This document shows, one piece after another, positions 62,081 through 64,000 of a DNA stretch of 64,000 nucleotides. The notes beneath the pieces are model-generated. The model saw only the letters and a list, made by a program, of their open reading frames with translations, searched no databases and had not been told where the DNA came from. Position 1 is the stretch's first letter. Every line of letters begins with the position of its first letter. The stretch covers positions 50,220-114,219 of the forward strand of contig NJBH01000010.1 of the NCBI GenBank assembly GCA_005223125.1, read 5' to 3'. The stretch comes from Promethearchaeota archaeon Loki_b32 (GTDB lineage: Archaea > Asgardarchaeota > Lokiarchaeia > Sigyniarchaeales > SOKP01). Position numbers and translations under genes: made by a program.

Positions 62081-63082
62081 TCATTTTATTACTAGCTCTC
62101 CTAACATTCTCTTAATGTCAAAAGATCTGTGATCTTGAATTTCTGATGCTTCTTTGACAAGAGAATCGATTTTTTTAGAAAATTGAGGGAGTATTAATCG
62201 AATTAATCCTAATTTTTGTCTTAGTTTCCCAATTTCAGTACTAAAAATTGCTTTCCCTAATCCATCAATAAATTGAAAAGAATTTTGACAATCAAGCAAA
62301 ATTCTATCGGCTTGCATTTTTTTTAATAACCAAGCACATCTATTCGCTGTTTGGAACAATGAATAACTCATAGCAGAGATTTTATCTAACTTATCGGAAT
62401 CGATATCAGTATTTTTTAAGATTTTAGATGCAATAAAACCTCCTTCAATCGTTATAAAAGCATAATTTAAATCAGGAATTGTTATCGAAATGTTCTTCAA
62501 AACTTTTCTTAATTCTAGAGATATAGCTTCTGAAAAACTTAAGGAAAAAGAAGATACTCTCAGATCAAAATCCTCAGTTTCTTTAATATTGAATCCTTCA
62601 ATTATATTTTGAATTTTCTGATTATTGAATTGAATTAAAGGTGGTTTAAAAGACTCTCCAGAGGTAATTAATGTAGTTTTAATTTTTTTTAAACACTCAT
62701 TAGTTTGTAAGAAGATTCCTCCTAAATTTATATTTGGTTGGGCTGTAATTGCTATAAAGAATTCATGATTACTATCTAAAATACCTTGCATTTCTAAAAT
62801 TTTATTTAATGAAGTGTGTAGAGGGCTATTCAATGGAGCAATTAAAATTTTTGCCTTTTTCCCCTCTATAAGAATATATTTTAAATCCTTTGGGTGTAAA
62901 TGAATTCCAACGTTAAAGATTGCACTAGTTGCTGAACTCACATTAAATATTTCATCTTTTGAAAACCATACTCCAGTAGATTGTATAGGATTACCATCTC
63001 TTTGAGTTAAAACTGCGTTTTCTACTCCTTTGAGCTGTTTAATTTGGTCTAAATGGATTCCAATTTTATCTTTAAGATGCAT
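62081..63082 (-). CDS. Tandem double roadblock/LC7 protein
   Basis: GV..AVLTQRDG.PI and ITIEGGFIAS..ISAMS.SL repeats; NLG.I / LGL.R ends. Confidence 0.85.
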   Translation of the reverse strand: MHLKDKIGIHLDQIKQLKGVENAVLTQRDGNPIQSTGVWFSKDEIFNVSSATSAIFNVGIHLHPKDLKYILIEGKKAKILIAPLNSPLHTSLNKILEMQGILDSNHEFFIAITAQPNINLGGIFLQTNECLKKIKTTLITSGESFKPPLIQFNNQKIQNIIEGFNIKETEDFDLRVSSFSLSFSEAISLELRKVLKNISITIPDLNYAFITIEGGFIASKILKNTDIDSDKLDKISAMSYSLFQTANRCAWLLKKMQADRILLDCQNSFQFIDGLGKAIFSTEIGKLRQKLGLIRLILPQFSKKIDSLVKEASEIQDHRSFDIKRMLGELVIK

Positions 63083-63432
63083 TTTAAACCTTAATTTCTC
63101 TTTTTGAAATGATATCCTTTAATTTTAATAGAGATTTTTAAACTACGAATAAATTTAATAACGAATACTTAATCTTACGTAGAAAAACAAAAAAATTTAA
63201 AATGGATTGTACCTATATTATATATTAACAAATCGCATCTTTACCGGTGTGAGCTTGGATTGCGGTATACATCCGTTAGATGAAGAGTAATATCATTGAT
63301 GCGGTATAAAAAATGTAGTTATACCTTTGATAAGTATAACTGAAGTAAGTTTAATTAAGAACCCTAAAGAACAAAAAGCGACATTTCAATTCCAAATATT
63401 AATAAAGTTCTTGCATAAACTTCAAAAGAATT

Positions 63433-64000
<568 letters not shown>

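Overview
Very AT-rich archaeal chromosomal segment. Gene content points to an Asgard archaeon, most likely Lokiarchaeia/Promethearchaeota (inference): roadblock proteins, two MglA-like small GTPases, V4R, EMC6-like and DENN-like proteins, two TFBs, Cdc6, class I LysRS, arcTGT and an archaeal 16S rRNA start. It is mostly housekeeping, with three tRNAs (two carrying non-canonical introns). Highlights missed by the ORF track: (1) a 16-codon Trp-rich leader peptide (MATVKNITWQWPWRWQ) with alternative hairpins and a U-tract upstream of trpB2, i.e. a candidate ribosome-mediated attenuator in an archaeon; (2) two paralogous 10-aa micro-genes (MPCTITPPSA, MPGTITPPLA) with synonymous divergence and matching terminators, flanking a 1222-aa multi-Lrp-like protein next to an MFS transporter with a (GT)9 microsatellite, i.e. 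a candidate peptide-signalling module; (3) three conserved genes that apparently need ATA/ATT/CTG starts; (4) a dispersed Flp/Tad-like pilus system whose prepilin peptidase is frameshifted in a T12 tract; (5) a tandem-roadblock + DENN-like + GTPase operon. No CRISPR array or transposase was seen. All family calls come from motif recognition by eye, not database searches.
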